From: Trichoplax sp. H2
Taxonomy: Eukaryota
NCBI GenBank assembly: GCA_003344405.1
Contig: NOWV01000105.1
Span: 62,001-126,000 of the forward strand
DNA: 64,000 nucleotides
Reading direction: 5' to 3'
Shown here one piece after another: positions 58,901 to 64,000 of the stretch. The notes beneath the pieces were generated by a model that saw only the letters and a list, made by a program, of their open reading frames with translations, did not search any database and was not told the DNA's origin. The position numbers and the translations under genes were made by a program. Position 1 is the first letter of the stretch. Each line of letters opens with the position of its first letter.

Positions 58901-61900
58901 GGCTATTCTATTCCTATCGCTATGGTTGTCCTCTTCGGAAGTTAATTCATCGGTAATGACATCGTTCGGCTTGCTATATTTTAAAATGGAAATAGTCTGA
59001 TCTGGATAACCATGAGATGATTCATTAATAATAGCTGGATATAACGAGCTAGCAGGTGGATTAGATAACTCGTTAGAATTGAATGAACTCCAAGCTGTAC
59101 TTGATTTTTGCCAATGTCGTTTATAATTTGAAAGTAGATTTTTAGATGATATCATTTGCCCTTCATGATCACTTGTCTCCAATATGGAATCATCTTCATC
59201 GGTAGAAAGTATTTTTGAACGATTACGAGAGTCAAGTGATTGTGAAGTTTCGTATCTTGCCTTTGCTTTGCTAGATGTCTGACCGGGATTATGTGATCTT
59301 ATGGGAGTTTTCTTAAAATAAGCTTCCGAATAAGATTTTTGCAATCTTGTTACGCTTACCTTGTCTTCGTGGCTATCTTGGTTGGTATCCGTTGAGGCAA
59401 CATTGATCTCACGTTCAGCCTCTTTCGTCTGCAATTTATTATTGACTGGTATTGGATCTACTTCAGCTATAAAGCCAGGACTAACGGATATAATGGTAGT
59501 GCCACAATCTATGCAAAACATGCTATCATGATTACAATGGCTGCGACATGTTGGGCAGACTTTTACCACTTTATTTGTTGTCTGGCTGGGAGTCGGCGAT
59601 ATACTTGGCGATGCTTTAAAAAATTTTGTACTCTTTATAGCTGAGTCATAATCCTTATTTGTACTTGCTGTAGCTACTGATTGACTATGATCATTAATGG
59701 CCAGTTTATTATCTGTCACGGTAGAATAATCTTTCTTTGAAGTAGTTTTATTCGGTGATAGGGCAGAAGAAAAACTTTGAATTTTCTGTCTTGAATCAAT
59801 ATTCGTTTGATCCTTCATGGTGGATATCGGATCACTGAAATCATGACTGACTTTGTTGTCGTCGTCTATTCCCCATATGCTAGCAAGGGTAGAGTAATTG
59901 ATCCGATTCTCCTTCCTTGGACTTCGCTGTGTCATAGGATCCGTATGTGACCAAGAAAATCGCTGTAAATTATCTAAGTCCTCATCATGACTGATTCCGT
60001 TCTCAGAATCCTCGCCCTCATAAGTTAATAACGAATCTTTAGGCGACCTAGCTGTAATGCTGTAGTTAGTTTCTGATTCTCTATGTGTAATAAATGCAAC
60101 ATTCTCATCCGAATTTTCACTATCTTCTAACTCCAATTCTGGTATTTCATTGTCTCGACTATATTTAAGATTTGTTGTATTAGGTACTCCAACATTAAGC
60201 ACTCCCACGTTATTATTACGGGGTGCTGTTGACACCGAACGACTTACTGGAGCAGTGATACTTTCAGAAGGTTTCCTATACTCGGAACTTCCATGAGATT
60301 CAGAGCTTTGGCCAATCGAAGACATTTTATCATTAGTTTTGCTGGATTTTTTATTGTTTTGATTACTTTTACCAGCAGCTTTTGAGTCTGCTTTATTTAC
60401 AGTTGTCTCCGCTCTTGCTGCGTTCTTGGCTAGATAGGCTAATCTTTTTTGCCTAATTCTATCCAAATCCTTTTCATTCCTTGGTGTTCTAGGAGTTTTT
60501 AAGTCTGATTTTTTATTGTTCAAAGTTGTAGCTGTTTTGCTTCTAATTGTTTCATTTTCCTCTGAGATGGTGCCATCTATAATCGGAGTTTCAGCATTTT
60601 TTTTTCTATTTTGATTGTCCCTAGAGTGAGAACGGACTGGCTGCAAGCTTGCTTTCAAATCGGTAGGCAAGTCATCAAAAATCTCTGCTGTAGAGCTTTG
60701 TCTGTTAACGGCGTTATATTTAGATCTTCTATCTTCGCGCATTATATCTTGTGAATCTGACACATTGCTAATTAAGTTTTGCTTACCATTATTCCTATTT
60801 AGTTTTAACTCCATACTATTTTCAACTTGGAGAGCATTATCATCTGTTAAATAATTTCTATTTTCTGGCCGTGCAGCAGTCAGCTTTCTTTGCTTGCGTT
60901 GTTGATATTCAACTGGGTTACTTTGATTAATATTCTGTCTTGTATTTTTTGAATTGTCGGTATAGTCTTGATCAAGATTAAACTCAGATAACTGCCGGTT
61001 TTGCTTTATTAGATGAGCATCTTTACGGTTACCTTTTTTAGATCTGGGGCTCAATTTTCGTTCCACTTTTACCTCTAATCGTTCTCTTTCTTTCTCAATA
61101 CTTTTAATAATTTCTTTCCACTCTTCGAATTGGATTGATGTCTCGTCACTGTTATGAGATGGATGTTGTTGGTCTGCTACGTTGCTGCTTAAAGTATTCG
61201 AATTCTTACTTAAATCGGTTGATTTATGGCTACCTGCATAGTTTTCCAGTAAATTTCGTAGTGTAGGATCAAGGCGGTCCATATTTAAATCGCCAATCAT
61301 GTTTTCAATGGATTTTGAAAATCGATAAGTGGTTATTTTATCTGAATCACTGTCTTCGTTATTTTCCAAGTTCTCAAGGTGTAAGTAATTCGATTTCGTT
61401 GCCCTTTCACTGCGATCTTGTACCGCTGCGTATAATTTCTTATTTGTATTTTTGCTCGATTGTCCTTTAAGAGATTGAATTTTAGCCGGCTTTTCCCTGC
61501 TATCTTGTTGTTCTTCTAATTCAAACTTGGATGTTAAATGCTTATCGTCACCATACTTAGAATACATTGCTCTATGGTCATATTGAGTGACAGGAGAATC
61601 ATCATCTTCGTCATTAATATCCCACATATGATATCTTCGGGGTGTACCAGGTTCAGGCTTCGTTACAATATGTCTGGCATTATAATTATCATCATCGTAT
61701 TGACTTACATTTTGATTTATTTCATAGCTTTGGCGTGGTGAAATCTTTACAGATTTATTTCTTTGTAAATTACTTATTTTGTTATTAGAGGTATCATTGT
61801 AGCTAGTATTTACCGAAGGCTTATATTTTGATTGAAGTATATTTTGATCGCTTTCTCGGTAGAAGCCCTCCTCGACTTTATCGTCTTCATAATGTCGATA

Positions 61901-61957
61901 TCCAGCATGATCATTGATATTTTTGATAGGTGATGGTTGTCTTCTGTATCGACTCAT
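55903..61957 (-). CDS. F-box and leucine-rich repeat (FBXL-type) protein with long low-complexity N-terminus and zinc ribbon, ~1439 aa, 9 coding exons
   Basis: Exons: 58726-61957, 58129-58334, 57891-58051, 57701-57781, 57226-57337, 57022-57099, 56526-56653, 56284-56400, 55903-56107. Total 4320 nt, in frame. F-box SLLDLPDELLLMILSKIPQKELIKCSMVCRRLYWIANDSAL|W is completed across intron 1. Cys-containing LRRs include IDLSGCLNISN, LDISGCSKID, LNLGQCYKLSN, ISLAKCSKITD, LDICGCEMVTD, IKLSFCRDVTH and LHIYGCKRIRD. An in-frame TAG lies just upstream of ATG 61957; extra 5' exons cannot be excluded. Confidence 0.88.
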
Positions 61958-62494
61958 TGAAAACTAATCTTGAATATCAAGTAAGGCAATGCTATCCTCA
62001 CTGCTGATATCGGTTTTAATCTAATAGGGAATATCTCACTGAAATGGTGGATCAAATTATTTTCAACGTTTACGTGCAGCTTTAAACGTTAATTCTGCAG
62101 TTTCTATTTGGCAACATTCGCTGTAGGTAAATGAATGATTGATAGGTTATCAGACGATTCTTAAAAATTGAGACTCCAATTTGATTGCTGAGAAGTGGAA
62201 TACTACTAGTGCCTCTTAATTTAACTAAATCAAGAAAACCGAATCAACCTTTTGCTTATATGATGCTTATACTCGTATTCTCTTCCAACCGCAGCTTATC
62301 AATCGGGGCTTAATCAATATCGATGGCTAAGCAGCCTCTTGTCTTGTACACACCTACTACGTCTGTCCGAAAGCCAAAGATATTCCAATATTAAACTGCA
62401 TGCTATACAGAACAACATCCAGCGTAGTAGAATTATATTTCTGCAGTAAGGAGAATATAACGTTCAAATTATTTTACGGTTAAAAAATCCCCAA

Positions 62495-62508
62495 ATTGCC
62501 ATGGAGAC
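62495..62508. promoter_or_regulatory. RFX X-box-like motif upstream of the F-box/LRR gene
   Basis: ATTGCCATGGAGAC, close to the X-box palindrome GTTGCCATGGCAAC, ~540 nt upstream of the ATG. Confidence 0.4.
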
Positions 62509-63788
62509 TGAAGTCTACAGACGGAAAATACGGACGGCACCCTTCTAGTCTGAGACTACTGCCTACAAACTAGCTTACCAAAATGAAGTTCTTGGTGATG
62601 GACTACTAAAAAAGGTCTTTTAGTAGTTTATGGCTTGATTTAGCAGTGAATAAGACCTATATCTATTAAACAGTGATATGGAAAAGTGTAATTTATCGCC
62701 ATGTTGATACAGATGATGGAATCCTATGGGTAGCATTAGCTACTTATACAGTATGTCTCTGCAGCGTAGCTTATTATTGTATATCGATGACCTTCAACAG
62801 TAAAGGGTAGGGATACTAGTAAATGGCACTAATAAACTCATAGGTGGTATATTTGGTCATGAAAGTCTGACGTCTTGTAGCTGGTTTACTTGATACGAGT
62901 ATATTATGATGCTATTAGTCATCGCACAATGAATTATATTTCAACTTTGCTACAATTAAATTTTCAACTTTTACAAAACTATATAGAAAGTATATGAAGG
63001 ATCTGGCGAATAAATACGTTTAGCGAAGATACAATATTGCTAACAGAGTTTATAAGAGGCATTTAATACATTCTACAAACCAAATTGCAATATTAAATGA
63101 GTATGTTTCGACAAGATTTACTAATGATGTTTCGTTGCAACACAGCTCAATTTGTTTATTTTATATCCAAGACGTTATCATACAATTTTCGCAATAGTTT
63201 CGAATATTTTAGAATAAGATTTTTTTTCCATCATGTTGTTACTAATGTAACTGGTATTGTGCTTTCGGAATATAGGGTACACTATATGTACAAAGCAGTG
63301 ATATTCTTCACCGTACTCAATTTGATTATTGGTAGAGAACGTGGTACAAGGTTAATTTTTCGGCTAATTGATAATATTGGAGTGAATCATATTAAAAAGA
63401 TGTCTTGCATGGCTTGACAGGATACAAGTAATAGTTATCCTACGCATACATACTTTCATACAAGTACATCGTACGTTACGAATTTATAATGGTAAGAAGT
63501 TGATTGTCAGTCTAGTCTAGGCTACAATCATGCATGCTTGATTATAAAGTGGGTCTTTGCTAATAGTTAGTAAATCGGTTAACAGTATCATAAAGAGTAG
63601 CTCTACATCTTCTAGTAGTTTGTGGCCAGGTATTTCAAGAGCATTTAGGATGTGATTTAACTACTGAAGCACTATCTCAAATTGAGACTTAATTCATGTG
63701 GAAATTGTCTTCCAACTTTGTTGAAAGCTATAAAGGTACTATTTAAAAATGCTGACGATGATGTACCCGTAATGGAGCATAGTTTCAA

Positions 63789-64000
63789 TTAATCTATCTG
63801 CATAGCCGATGGCTTGTGATTTTTCATGTATCGCCTATAAAGAGGGTATTAAGCGGTAAGTAAATTAGAATAGAATTAGAAAACGCAGTATGCAGTAATT
63901 GTCATATTTGAGTAGCCAAGGATACTCACCTGTACATTTTGTATTTGTTACTGCTTGCGTTCTTGACCCTCATGTCTTCTTCCATTTCAGCCGTGAATGT
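63789..64000 (-). CDS. DNAJC25: 3' end (last two exons, partial) of a DnaJ homolog subfamily C member 25-like gene
   Basis: Exon <64000-63930 (donor AG|gtgag) spliced to 63834-63789 (acceptor ctttatag) gives TFTAEMEEDMRVKNASSNKYKMYRRYMKNHKPSAMQID*. From memory this resembles the conserved DNAJC25 C-terminus (EEEMK.KLA..P.YK.YRRxMKN.GP...). The J domain would lie outside the window. Confidence 0.62.

Noticed and set aside
63097-63417. 106-aa plus-strand ORF
   Set aside because: AT-driven F/I/N-rich composition with no motif; it lies in the likely 3' flank of the DNAJC25-like gene.

Overview
AT-rich eukaryotic (animal) genomic DNA with short GT-AG introns. The style suggests an early-branching metazoan such as a placozoan, but that is an unverified inference. 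All genes I can support are on the minus strand. (1) Two tandem, head-to-tail paralogous genes encode giant type-I membrane proteins of the MAM + LDL-receptor class A family (MALRD1/MAMDC4-like). Each has 25 coding exons with identical intron positions and phases. Gene A is 4836-24943 (~4197 aa) and gene B is 30969-50427 (~4194 aa). Each has a signal peptide, 20 MAM and 15 LDLa modules, one TM helix and an NPxY-bearing tail. (2) A 9-exon F-box/LRR gene (55903-61957, ~1439 aa) has a ~1000-aa low-complexity N-terminus with a zinc ribbon and a p97/VCP-binding-like motif. (3) The last two exons of a DNAJC25-like gene lie at 63789-64000. Non-coding DNA holds a probable solo LTR with a 5-bp target-site duplication (787-1273) and a candidate mini-Helitron. 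It also holds several degenerate tandem arrays (one built from copies of a splice acceptor, one with dimeric higher-order structure) and a non-coding element with an X-box-like motif conserved upstream of both paralogs. Exon boundaries were read by hand; the summed exon lengths of the three complete genes are multiples of 3 with consistent phases.
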